Below, in pieces: positions 49,605 to 60,102 of a DNA stretch of 64,000 nucleotides; the stretch's first letter is position 1, and each line of letters opens with the position of its first letter. The stretch is from contig NIVC01000758.1 in the NCBI GenBank assembly GCA_002269645.1, forward strand, positions 62,001 to 126,000. The letters are read 5' to 3'. The DNA comes from Macrostomum lignano (Eukaryota). A program made the translations under genes and the position numbers. A model generated the notes under the pieces. The model searched no databases. It was not told the origin of the DNA and saw only the letters and a program-made list of their open reading frames with translations.

Positions 49605-52600
49605 TCAATCAAGTGTAGACTTTGAATCCCTCCTTCGCCGCTCTCGGATGCGGGGTGCGGGCGATCGGCACGTTCTGCTCGACGTCGGCGGGCCGGCAGC
49701 GTCGGGTGCCGCCGCCTGCGGCTCCACCAGGTCGGGCTCCGGTAGCAGCGCCTTCAGGGCCGTGCAGTGTCGCCGACAAGTGGCCTGACCGCGCCGTAGC
49801 TGCAGCGAGTTGCCTTGCACTTTGGTCACAGTCCAGGGCTCGCTCTCAAATGGGGTTTGGCCCTTCAGCGGGTTGACGCGTTTCCGCAGCACCTGGTCGT
49901 CGACCGCGTAGTTGTGCTCTCTTGGTCTTCGAGCAGCGTCGGCGTGCCGCTTCATCGTCAGCTTCTGCTTGCGGTCGTGCTCCCGCAGCTCCTTGTCGTT
50001 GATGCGCACCCGCGCTGGTGGCCGCCGGCCGGGGACGCCGTTGCCCAAAGCGCGGCCCATCAGCAGCTCCGCGGGTGCGCGTCCGGTTGTGGCGTGTGGC
50101 GCCGTCCGGTACGCCAGAATCCACTCGTCCAGAGCCTCGCGCCAGTCCCTGCTCTCCGCGATTGCAGCGCGGACGACCTTGTTGATCGATCTGTTCAGGC
50201 GCTCGGTCATGCCGTTGGCCGCAGGGTAGAGCGGAGTGATGGCCCGGTGTCGAATTCCGAAGCTCCTGAGGAAATCCTTGAACTGCGCCGACGAGAATGG
50301 AGGCCCATTGTCCGTAACGAGCTCCTCTGGGATGCCGAACCTGCAGAATGATTCCCGCAGCTTCGGGATGACTGCCTCCGCTGTAGTAGACTGCATGACC
50401 TGCACCTCGGGATACCGGGAGTAGTGATCCACGCAGACGAGCAGCATCTTGTTCTGCACCGGACCGAGGAAGTCGGCGCCAATCGACAGCCAGGCGCCCT
50501 TGGGGATGCTGGACGACTGCAGTGGCGTCGCGCTGACTGTCGGCTTATGTGATGTCATGATGCAGCTGCGGCAACTGCTGACGGCCTTGTCCGCATCTGC
50601 GCTCATCTTTGGCCACCAGACTTTGCTGCTCAGCCTGGCCAGTGTCTTCCGCAGTCCCAGGTGTCCGGCATGTGCGAGGCGCAACATTGTCTCCCGGAGG
50701 CTGCTTGGCACCACAATCCTGTCCCGCCGAAGCAGCACTCCGTCCTCCTCAGCAAGCTCGTCTCGTAGTGCATACAGTGACCTCAGCTCCGGGTGGCCGA
50801 GGTCCCACCTGGCTCCCTGGATGGCGGCGATTGCGGCTTTGATCAGCGGGTCAGCCTGCGAGTGCCGCCTGATGTCCTCTACTGTGAGCGCTCTCGGCAC
50901 CGCGGCCTGCAGTACCGCGCCGATGCTGGCGGAGTTCTGCTGTGCATCTTTGTTGTGCCCGGATGTCGCTAGCGGTTGTCGGCTGAGGATGTCTGCCGCA
51001 TTCTGGGGCCCTGGGCGATACACCACCTTGAAGTTCATGTGCTGAATCTGCAGAGCCATTCGCTCGACTCTAGGAGGCGGCCTCGACCCTGGCGCCAGCA
51101 TGTTGACCAACGGCCTGTGGTCCGTGATCACATCGAATCGAGGTGCGCCGTGCAGGTAGTATTGGAATCGGAGACATCCGAATTTCACTGCCAGCGCCTC
51201 CTTTTCGGTCTGTGAGTATCTGGACTCTACATCGGAGAGCGACCGGCTGGCATAGGCCACTGGTCTTGAAGTGCCATCTTCTCGCCGCTGCGCCAAGATG
51301 GCTCCGAGTCCCCTCGGACCGGCGTCGACTATGAGCTCGGTTCGCAGTCTCTGGTCGAAGAAGCTAAGGGCGCCGGCTTCCGTGATCTGCTGTTTCAGCT
51401 GCTTGAAAGCGGCGTCTTCAGCTTCGCTCCATCTCCAGACCGCGCCTTTCTTCGTCAGGCGCCGCAGTGGCTCAGCGATTTTTGACAGCTGCGGTGTGAA
51501 CACAGCCAGGTAGTTGACAAGGCCTAGAAATGACCTCACCTGGCTGGTGGTCTCTGGAGCCTTGAATGCCTTGACTGTCTCGATCTTGTCTTCGGTGGGC
51601 TGCACTCCACTGGCTGAGAGCTGCATGCCCATGAATGTGATCTTGTCTCTGACTAGCTTGCACTTTCCGGGATTGAGCGTGACGCCGTGCTGCTGGAGGC
51701 GGGCGAGGCATGCTGCCAGATTCCTGTTGTGCTCCTCCAAGGAGTTCCCGAAAACAACGATGTCGTCATGAATCCACTTGACCTTGTCGAGTCCAGCCAG
51801 GATGCCTGACATGACGACTTGGAGGATTTCCTGAGCCGTGGAGAGGCCCATGCACAACCGCTTGAGCCGTCGCAGCCCCCGTGGTGTCGAGAAGGTCAGC
51901 AGGTTCCTGCAGCTTTCCGCCACAAGGATCTGGTAGAAAGCCTTGGCAACATCCAGCTCCGAGAAGACTTTGGCGCCTGCCATGCACCCAGTCACCTCCT
52001 CGAAAGTTGGGATTTGATGTCGCTCCCTGATGACAAACCTGTTGACATCTCGGAGGTCCTGGGTGATTCGAACTTCGCCGGTCTGCGCCTTTGGCACCAC
52101 GACCATCCGAGCCACCCAGGGTGCCGGGCCGTTGACAGGCTCGATGATGTCTAGGTCCTCGAGCAGCTTGAGCTCCTTGTCGACCGCTGCGGCCAGGTGG
52201 ACAGGAACCCTTGAGGGCGCGTGGCAGACCGGCCTGGCGTCCTCCGTCAGGTGGATCGTTGCCGTGTAGTTCTTGACGCATCCGATGCCGCTGAAAACCT
52301 GAGCGTGCTTGGTGAGGATGTGGCTCAGCTGCAGTTGCTCTGGGAGGCCTTCGTCCGCTAGTCGATTTCCTTTGAGCAGTTGGTCGATGAGGCCCTCTGA
52401 TCGGTGGACGGCGAGAACCTCGGGTGTCGGCTGACTGCTGGGCGGGCCGATACGGAGGATGTCCATTTCGATTGCAGATTTTCTGCCGAGGACCGTCGCG
52501 CCCCTGCCGTCGAATATAAAAAGGGCGCGTCTCTGGAGACACCAAAAACATTTACAGGCAGAGTCACCTTGCCGACCAGCTTCAGTGGGTGCGAGCTTCC

Positions 52601-53603
52601 GTAGGCAAACAGCTGGCTGCTGGCTGGCTGCAGTGGGGTCGGTGTGGCAGGCCATTGAAACTGCTGACGTCCATGATGTTGCAACCGGCCCGCTGTCGAT
52701 AAGGATGTCCATGGAGGTGCCGCCGATTTGAGCGGTCACTCTCGCTGACGCCGGATCACTGGCCACGTGGAAGATTCCCTCCTGGACTGGAGCTGAGTCT
52801 TTGTCCAGCAGGTAGGTCACATTCTCCTGCTCGCTCGGGATGGCGTTGAGCTGGCCGGCCTTACTGGACCTGCACGCACGGGCGAAATGTCCGATTTTGC
52901 CGCATTTCCTGCAGGACTTGCCCCGGGCGGTGTCGCATTCAGCATGCCCTTGTCTGCCGCACCGGTTGCAGGTGACCTGCGACTTTCCGTCTGCCGCTCT
53001 CAAGCCGCGGCCGCTGCTGCTCACTGCTGCCACGTCCTCCGGCACCGGTCGGCTGCCGAGCTCCATTGCTTGCGCCTGTCGCTCCGCTGTTTCTCTGGCG
53101 CGGATCTTGGTCAGCGTGTCAGCCAGGCTGATGTCGCCTGACTGGAGCAGATTGCGCCGCATTTTCTCAGACCGGCAGTACGCCATAATCTTGTCCCGGA
53201 TTAGCGAGTTGCTCAAGTCGCCGAACTTGCATGGCTCCGCCAGTTTCTTCAGTCGGACATACCAGGCATCGATTCCTTCGCCCTCTAGCTGTCGGCAGGT
53301 CTCAAACATGTATCGTAGGAAGACGATGTTGTTTTTCTTGTCCAGGTGGCTTTGAATGTTTTCTGCTAGTTTCTTGGCTGATTCGCCTCGTGCAATGCTG
53401 TTGTCTTCGACGAGCGAGTGGATGAATTCGCCGGCTGAGTAGAGTAGGATTTCTTGAGCTTGATTTTCATCTTTGATGCCGGCCGCGACAAGGTAGCTCT
53501 CAAAGCGCCGAGTCCAATTTTTCCACTTTTGTGCGATGGTATGCGGCTCACCTTCTGCATCGAAGGTGCCAGGTGGCGATAGTGCTATGGCTTGCGACGC
53601 CAT
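49605..53603 (-). CDS. gag-pol polyprotein (single ORF; protease region contains three compensating 1-nt deletions)
   Basis: CNRC..GH / CRKCGKIGHFARAC knuckles; LIDSG protease; RT with WIHDD; RNase H VDAG..VAYASRSL..RYSQTEKE; integrase HAGH..CRSC, ADFLGP, TDNGPPF, NGMTER. Confidence 0.93.
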   Translation of the reverse strand: MASQAIALSPPGTFDAEGEPHTIAQKWKNWTRRFESYLVAAGIKDENQAQEILLYSAGEFIHSLVEDNSIARGESAKKLAENIQSHLDKKNNIVFLRYMFETCRQLEGEGIDAWYVRLKKLAEPCKFGDLSNSLIRDKIMAYCRSEKMRRNLLQSGDISLADTLTKIRARETAERQAQAMELGSRPVPEDVAAVSSSGRGLRAADGKSQVTCNRCGRQGHAECDTARGKSCRKCGKIGHFARACRSSKAGQLNAIPSEQENVTYLLDKDSAPVQEGIFHVASDPASARVTAQIGGTSMDILIDSGPVATSWTSAVSMACHTDPTAASQQPAVCLRKLAPTEAGRQGDSACKCFWCLQRRALFIFDGRGATVLGRKSAIEMDILRIGPPSSQPTPEVLAVHRSEGLIDQLLKGNRLADEGLPEQLQLSHILTKHAQVFSGIGCVKNYTATIHLTEDARPVCHAPSRVPVHLAAAVDKELKLLEDLDIIEPVNGPAPWVARMVVVPKAQTGEVRITQDLRDVNRFVIRERHQIPTFEEVTGCMAGAKVFSELDVAKAFYQILVAESCRNLLTFSTPRGLRRLKRLCMGLSTAQEILQVVMSGILAGLDKVKWIHDDIVVFGNSLEEHNRNLAACLARLQQHGVTLNPGKCKLVRDKITFMGMQLSASGVQPTEDKIETVKAFKAPETTSQVRSFLGLVNYLAVFTPQLSKIAEPLRRLTKKGAVWRWSEAEDAAFKQLKQQITEAGALSFFDQRLRTELIVDAGPRGLGAILAQRREDGTSRPVAYASRSLSDVESRYSQTEKEALAVKFGCLRFQYYLHGAPRFDVITDHRPLVNMLAPGSRPPPRVERMALQIQHMNFKVVYRPGPQNAADILSRQPLATSGHNKDAQQNSASIGAVLQAAVPRALTVEDIRRHSQADPLIKAAIAAIQGARWDLGHPELRSLYALRDELAEEDGVLLRRDRIVVPSSLRETMLRLAHAGHLGLRKTLARLSSKVWWPKMSADADKAVSSCRSCIMTSHKPTVSATPLQSSSIPKGAWLSIGADFLGPVQNKMLLVCVDHYSRYPEVQVMQSTTAEAVIPKLRESFCRFGIPEELVTDNGPPFSSAQFKDFLRSFGIRHRAITPLYPAANGMTERLNRSINKVVRAAIAESRDWREALDEWILAYRTAPHATTGRAPAELLMGRALGNGVPGRRPPARVRINDKELREHDRKQKLTMKRHADAARRPREHNYAVDDQVLRKRVNPLKGQTPFESEPWTVTKVQGNSLQLRRGQATCRRHCTALKALLPEPDLVEPQAAAPDAAGPPTSSRTCRSPAPRIRERRRRDSKSTLD

Positions 53604-53842
53604 GTAAGAGTTTAATGCATGATTTGGCAGTTGCACGAAGAAGTACGAAAGCCACAGTGGGCGAGACGATGTTATTTATTCAATATTTAGTCGGCTACTG
53701 CATTGCGTGGGGTGGTGGTCGTAAATGTACACTTTGCTTACTACGAGTACAGATAAGGGGCGAGAGTTAGAGAGAGAAAGCCGGCTGACGTACGGACCAG
53801 GAAAAATGGGGTGGGCGCTCTATAGCAAATCAATGTCTCACA
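53603..53842 (-). repeat. 5' LTR (240 bp)
   Basis: By eye identical to 49098-49338 except a G4 vs G5 run; followed on the minus strand by a TGGCGTCGC PBS-like sequence. Confidence 0.96.
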
Positions 53843-54444
53843 AAGTCTTCCTACCTAAAAGTGCAAAAAACTGCTCAAAATGCGCAATTATTCCACTAAA
53901 TCCTCCACTCCAATTTTACCGATTCTCTTCAAATTTGACGCAATTAATCTTCAACTATTTTGACACAATCATGTTAAATTTCGAGTCTCAAAGTTGATCC
54001 GGAACAGCACTGTGCACTTTTAAAGTTAGGCTGTTTTTTCAGCGTAGCAACCATCCCAACCTCCACCACCTGCCTCTTTCCCAATCTGGGCCCAGATGTG
54101 TAAAAGGGGTTTTAAAATTGATAACTTTCAGCTGCCATAAGTTTGCTCCACATGAAGCGATTGACTTCAAACTTGACACAATTCTTCATTGACTCATTCT
54201 CTATCAAAATGTAAAGTCTCAACTCTGTATCTCAATCAGGATAAATCAGCGTTTCGAACGCCCGTCAGTAACCACGGACTGGCACTGATCAATGGTGTCA
54301 CATACATCAGTGCATGCATTCATAAAGGTTTATTTCTCAACGGTAATTATATATTTAAAATCAGTAAAAAAGATTGAAAGTTAAAATACAAATTAATAAG
54401 GCTTTGGCTTTTTGCTTTGTAAATCAAAATGATTTTCCGATTAA

Positions 54445-54704
54445 GGGCCTTTTCATATTGCTTGCTCTGGTTCCAGAACCAGAACCAATTTGTGAAGTAT
54501 AACTTTTTGTCTCCATAACTAGAGGGAAATACATGCTATAAAGTTTTTATTATTGAATGACAATCGCCAAGAAGAAAGTGAAAAATTTTGCTAAGTTAGG
54601 TTGTTAAGGCAGTCAAATATTAACAGAGTTTAATAGTTATACTGCTGTTTTTCTTGGAATTCCGAACCGATTCTGGTTCTAGAATTGGTAATATGAAAAG
54701 GCCC
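54445..54704. mobile_element. PIF/Harbinger (Tourist-like) MITE
   Basis: 15-bp TIR GGGCCTTTTCATATT / AATATGAAAAGGCCC; TAA on both sides as 3-bp TSD. Confidence 0.8.
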
Positions 54705-55529
54705 TAAGATTTCAACTTCAACGTTCGAGCAAATTCAAATGCCCTCGTGTGACCCTAAGAAGGGCCGTTTTACCTAGTGAAATTAGAATTGAGCCCAAGA
54801 TGCTTTCCGAGTCATTTAGTTGTAGTCTTTATTATATTTTGTCAGCCAAAATTATAACTATTAGCCTCGCACCGGATAAATTAACTTTACTACTGGTACT
54901 AAGTTCAAACAATTGTTGCCGCAGACTGGCATTCAATTTTGCAAAAGACCAGCAGGATTCTCATTTCTCATTTTAATTTAATCCTTTTGTTTTGCTTTTC
55001 AGTTTCACGTGTAAATGCAGATACCTCGATAGAATATTAAATATAAATAGTAAGGAAAATGAAATAGCTTTTTATTAGAGTTTACTAACATTTTTAAATC
55101 CACATTAGTCTTTGTGGCCTTTAAAGGGCCGTTTTACTCAGAGACAATTTTTTACGTGTAACTAAAGTTTGCATCAATCGATATGGCAACAGCCTAGACA
55201 GGGAGTTTTTAAAACTGACTCGAAAATTTGCATGTCGTGAGTTCTCTAAAAAACTCTAGAAAGAGTTGCTTTTTAATTTCAAATTTATCATTTTTGTCAT
55301 TTTCAGCTGGCCGCAGAGAATTTACCTCTTGTCTATTCTGCCTTTTGAATTTCCCCATATTCTGAAATAGAGATTTTCGAAATTCGAAAGATTAAAACAT
55401 TATGCCCAATAAGTTTGTATATTGTACTAACTGTAACTGTAACTAACCACTCCTAAAATTTTGCCAACATGAACAACTGAAGAAGAAAATTCTATTAAGA
55501 TCGATATTTTGGTGTATTAGCGTCAGCCA

Positions 55530-55575
55530 ATGAGGAACGAGCAGCCTTGGTAGATCTTGGGGCTTATAAAGATAA
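55530..55575 (+). promoter_or_regulatory. H4 promoter: CCAAT and TATA boxes
   Basis: cagccaatga ~55533 and TATAAA ~55565, ~90 nt upstream of the ATG. Confidence 0.6.
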
Positions 55576-55649
55576 AGTGAACAGAAACATCCGTTTCTAT
55601 CATATCATATCGGTTATTATTAATCTCAGTTTCTTCAAAGCGAATCTAG

Positions 55650-55970
<321 letters not shown>

Positions 55971-56086
55971 GCGCATTTCAACTCCGTGCCCTTTACTGTG
56001 TACAGGCGGGCTAGGTTAGGCAAAGAGCTTAGGTTAGCCTAAGCTCTGCTCGTAATTTATTTCCATCAACTACTGAACGTTAAAAC

Positions 56087-56102
56087 GGCCCTTTTCAGGG
56101 CC
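56087..56102 (+). other. Histone mRNA 3' stem-loop
   Basis: AAAAC-GGCCCT-TTTC-AGGGCC-ACCA, ~117 nt after the H4 stop. Confidence 0.95.
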
Positions 56103-58582
56103 ACCAAATCTGTTTGATGCTTGCCAATCGTCGCTTGTTTGCGCAAAATTATTGCTAATATTAATAACTTGTATTAATAATTCATAACCCCCGCCCACTT
56201 GGGCTTCTATCAATGATTGATTCGATCGAATATCGAAAGACGAGGCGGACCTTCAGTATTGCACTGTGTAATCTATGTAATGTAACTTTCCTAATCTATA
56301 AATAAAACACACCTCTTGTCCTCAGGGTGCATCATTTTATAGATTTCAATTTAACGGAGTCTTGATTTACTGCAATTTGATTTGATACGAGCGTATTATT
56401 ATCAAGATCATATTAATTTATTGCAGCTTGATAGATTGTGATTTTAATGAAGTTCAGTCTCTTGAAGAGAATTTGGAGTTGTCTCCCGGAGAGGATTTGG
56501 ATGATGGGATTCAGCTGATGGATTTCAGGTAATGAATTTCTGGCGATGGGAGTTCTTCCCCTTTCTGGATTTTGATAGATCTCTGTTTCACGGAGAGGAT
56601 TTCGATGGATTTGGCACCTTTCGTCAGGATCAGAGATGAAAGTAAAGAGAAGAGTGAAAAGAGCAGAGAGGAGAGATAATAGAAAAGAGAGATGTGAGAG
56701 AGGAAATATTAGACTAGAGATTATAGATGGGAGAGAATTGAGAATTCCGGGAGTACGACGTTTGCTTGCGGGAAGTTTGCTTGTCAAATTTTGAGATTGA
56801 GATCTCAGATGAAATAAAAAGCTACTCAATCAAACTAAGAATGAATGATGCATGCACTGCAGAAACTACTGACGAAATTGAGTTCAGTAGTTGATTTTCG
56901 CCCTTGTTGCATTTCTGCAAAATATGATTGAATTTACACCCAAAATTTTGTATTTATTTACTGCCGATGTCACTCGTTTCTTTCGCTCAAAAATAAACCT
57001 GAAGATGCACAGTATCGTGCGAAACGCGTTGTTCAATTAAATTAATTTAATGTTGATTTTTGCCTTCCTATCTATTGCAAAATTTTTCACATTGGCTTCA
57101 GGACCACCTGCATAGTGGTTAATGGGTGGCCCATCCTGTATAAATTATCTTTTGGTTATACATGTATAGTTGGTCAAAGACTTTCAATCATAGAAAACTG
57201 AATTCGGCGGGTATTAAGTTTAACCTAATTGAAACACTATGCGGAGTACATGTAGAACTGAGCAGATCGCATTGAGTGCAGGGGTGTTGAGGCGAAGCCA
57301 TCAATACAAAATTCACCATAAGGAAGTTTTCAATAAGAAAGTCATGGACATTTGTAGAAAACTGCACTCTGGCTCTCCCAGTATCCCCCACTTGCCCCGG
57401 GCGAACGTCTCTGGTCTCTGTGTAGATTTCATTTACTTGCATCGGTGCAGATAAACGGTTTATTTCACTCGCCCAAAGACAATAATAAAACGCTGCTTCT
57501 AACTGCTCACTTGGCTACGAGAATTGTCTGAAACATTCACCGCATGTCCTAATCTGCAGAATATAATGGTATAGAAATTCTGCTATTGACCATAGACATC
57601 AAATCATTTTAAAAAATTGTCTTAACGTTCTTAATGTCAAGCCCCCTTGACCCCGCACTGGTATAAGTACGAGTATAAGGTATCACCCCCATGGACTGAT
57701 TTATCTGGCCCACATACAAGACTGAGGACTGTGTTGATTGATTGGGAGAGAAGAAAGGCGAAAGGATTTTTCGACTGATTTAGCTTGATTCTCTAATCAC
57801 TAATTACGCTCTGACGGCTGCTGCTGCTAATAATCAAAGATTCGGAACATTCAATATTGCGTAAATACATGTATTCCACTAATAATCACATTAATTACTG
57901 AATTTGTGTATACAGTATAACAATAGACCATTAGACCATAAACCATATGCGTATATAGTAAATGAGTATATAGCTGGCAAAGCTCAATAGGCAATTGATC
58001 TGCAGTTTTGTCATTGCATCTCAGTCTCAGCAATTATTATCACGAGTTATTAATGCTGATGAACGTGAAGAGTCTCAGCAGCCTATATTTAGAAAGTGGA
58101 ATTCCCTGACAGAGTTTCCACAGGGATCAAATGCTTGGAAACAATGCTTCGCAGAGCACGGGCTCGCGGGACAACTGAGAACTGCAGGGTGTGACAAACT
58201 GTGCACAGGGCACCAATGGTTATGATTTAATTTACGGAGCATGCAAGCATGATAGTAAGTTAATTTGCGATGGCTGAGCTCTTTGTTTGCATAATGTTTC
58301 TTTTTCAAGCTAACATGCAGCTCTGCTTTTCTGGGCAATTGGCCATGCAGATACTGCAAGCTAATTAAGGGACAAATATAGAATGCGATAGAAAAGGAAG
58401 TAGAGGGGGGAGAGAGTTGGAGATGCCACCTGGACTCATTTAATTGACTGGATTTTGCACAACTGGGCCTGCCTGAGCCAATCGCGCTCCATGAGGGCTC
58501 GCACTGACCCTCGCATGTATAGACATATGATAGGCCTCCTGTTACTGAGGCTTGTTGAGAGCGATCCCCATCGGACAACAAG

Positions 58583-60102
58583 ATGAGCCTCCAGCTCCTG
58601 TTCCAACCACTGCTGCTGCTGCTGCTGCTGCTGCAGCCCAGCCTCCACCCGGCCTCATCGGCCCAGCCCAGCTGCAGTGCCACTCGACTGCGGCTGCTGC
58701 CGGCCCGCGGTCTCTGCTGCTCGAACGCCTCGGCCGCCCACCTCCCGGCCAGGCAGGCCGTCAGCGCGGCCGCCTGCGCCCTCCTCTGCGGCGTCGAAGC
58801 CGCCTGCGGGTCGCCGAGTTTGACAGCGGAGCCTCCGTGTGCCGAATGGGCACCGCCTGCGACCTGCGCAGCCTCTGGACTGCATCTGGTGGCGGCGACT
58901 GCAGCACCTGGGTGGCGGCGGATCGGCCCGGCTGCCCGGAAGACGCGGCTGAGACTACTCCGACAACGACCACCACAACTCCTACAACGTCCACCACAAC
59001 TCCGACAACAACCACCACAACTCCGACAACGACCACCACAACTCCGACAACAACCACCACAACTCCGACAACAACCACCACAACTCCGACAACGACCACC
59101 ACAACTCCGACAACAACCACCACAACTCCGACAACGACCACCACAACTCCAACAACGACATTAGATGCTCAAATTTCCACCGTCGCACCAGAGGCGGCCT
59201 ACCGCAACTTCTGTAAGCTGCGCACTTTTCTGCCCATTGAAATTCTCAAATTCGCAAAGGTCTCAAATTCGTTAGCCACTCCCGCGCTTCTCCAACGTCC
59301 TCAAACAGCCGCAGGCAGCTCGTCTCCCCAGAGCTACTCGCCGCCCGTGCCCGGCGCCTGCTACCGAATCCGAGCGTGGGGCGCCCGGGGCGGCTCGAAC
59401 TCCGGCGCGAACCCCGGCGGTAACGGCGCCCACAAGGAGGCGACCTTCGTGCTCAGCGGCGCACAGCTGACGGTGGTCGTCGGTGAGGCTGGCAGCGACG
59501 CGACTGGCAGCAACTACGGAGCCGGCGGGGCGGCGGGAGTTATGTCTATGAGTCTGGGTCGCTGGCGCTGCTGTTGGCGGCCGGCGGAGGCGGCGGAGCG
59601 GCCGAGATGTCGGCTGGAGTTTCGGGTGCCGTGGGGCAGAACGGAAGCGCCTCGGCGGTGGCGGACAGCTACCGCGGCAGCGGCGGTGCTGAAGGGAACG
59701 GCGCTCCGGCAGCTTCGGCGGCTTGCTGCGGTGGCTCGGGCGGTGGCGGCGCCGGCTGGCTGTCGGACGGCGGATCGCAGAGCGGAGGCAACAATGGCGG
59801 CGGCGGCGTCTCTCGCGCAGGCGGCTGGACCGGCGGGGTCGGCACCGCCCAGGCCGGCACCGGCGGCTTCGGTGGAGGCGGCGGGGGGTGGCAAGAAGTC
59901 TGGCAACGAGCCTGGCGGCGGCGGCGGTGGCGGCGGCTACTCGGGTGGCGGGACGAGCGGCAACGGAGCAGTCGGTGGTGGCGGCGGCGGCAGCTACGCG
60001 GCTTCCGGAGCCACCGCAGTGCAGGGCTCGGCGGGGGGCAACAGCCAGGCTGCCGGGCGGGTCAGCATCCAGCTGATCGGGGCGGCATCCGCCTGCGCGT
60101 GA
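58583..60102 (+). CDS. Secreted protein: signal peptide, PAN/apple-like Cys domain, Thr/Pro mucin stalk, ALK/LTK-type glycine-rich domain (3 frameshifts; probable intron 59213-59308 or 59213-59314)
   Basis: Leu-rich signal; CALLC...C..AEFD....C; (TPTTTTT)n from a 21-bp repeat; YRIRAWGARGG, LTVVVGEAG, GGGGGSYVY, LLLAAGGGGG, GGFGGGGG, GGGGGSY, GRVSIQL. Could be a pseudogene. Confidence 0.72.

Larger units (their letters stand above)
49098..53842 (-). mobile_element. Full-length Ty3/Gypsy LTR retrotransposon, Mag-like
   Basis: Two TG...CA LTRs; 5-bp TSD AAGTC (49093-49097, 53843-53847); gag-PR-RT-RH-IN order; Mag-like gag N-terminus and twin Cys/His knuckle. Confidence 0.97.
48932..54239 (+). 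mobile_element. Same repeat family, copy B, split by the LTR element
   Basis: The left and right flanks of the LTR element join to reproduce copy A (ctcAAGTCttcctacctaaaagt). Confidence 0.75.

Noticed and set aside
53604-53636. GTG start at 53636 for gag-pol
   Set aside because: Lies within the LTR; the first in-frame ATG is at 53603
56413-56829. Possible exon(s) downstream of H4 (SLEENLELSPGED... on +; 138-aa ORF on -)
   Set aside because: No homology recognised and partly low complexity
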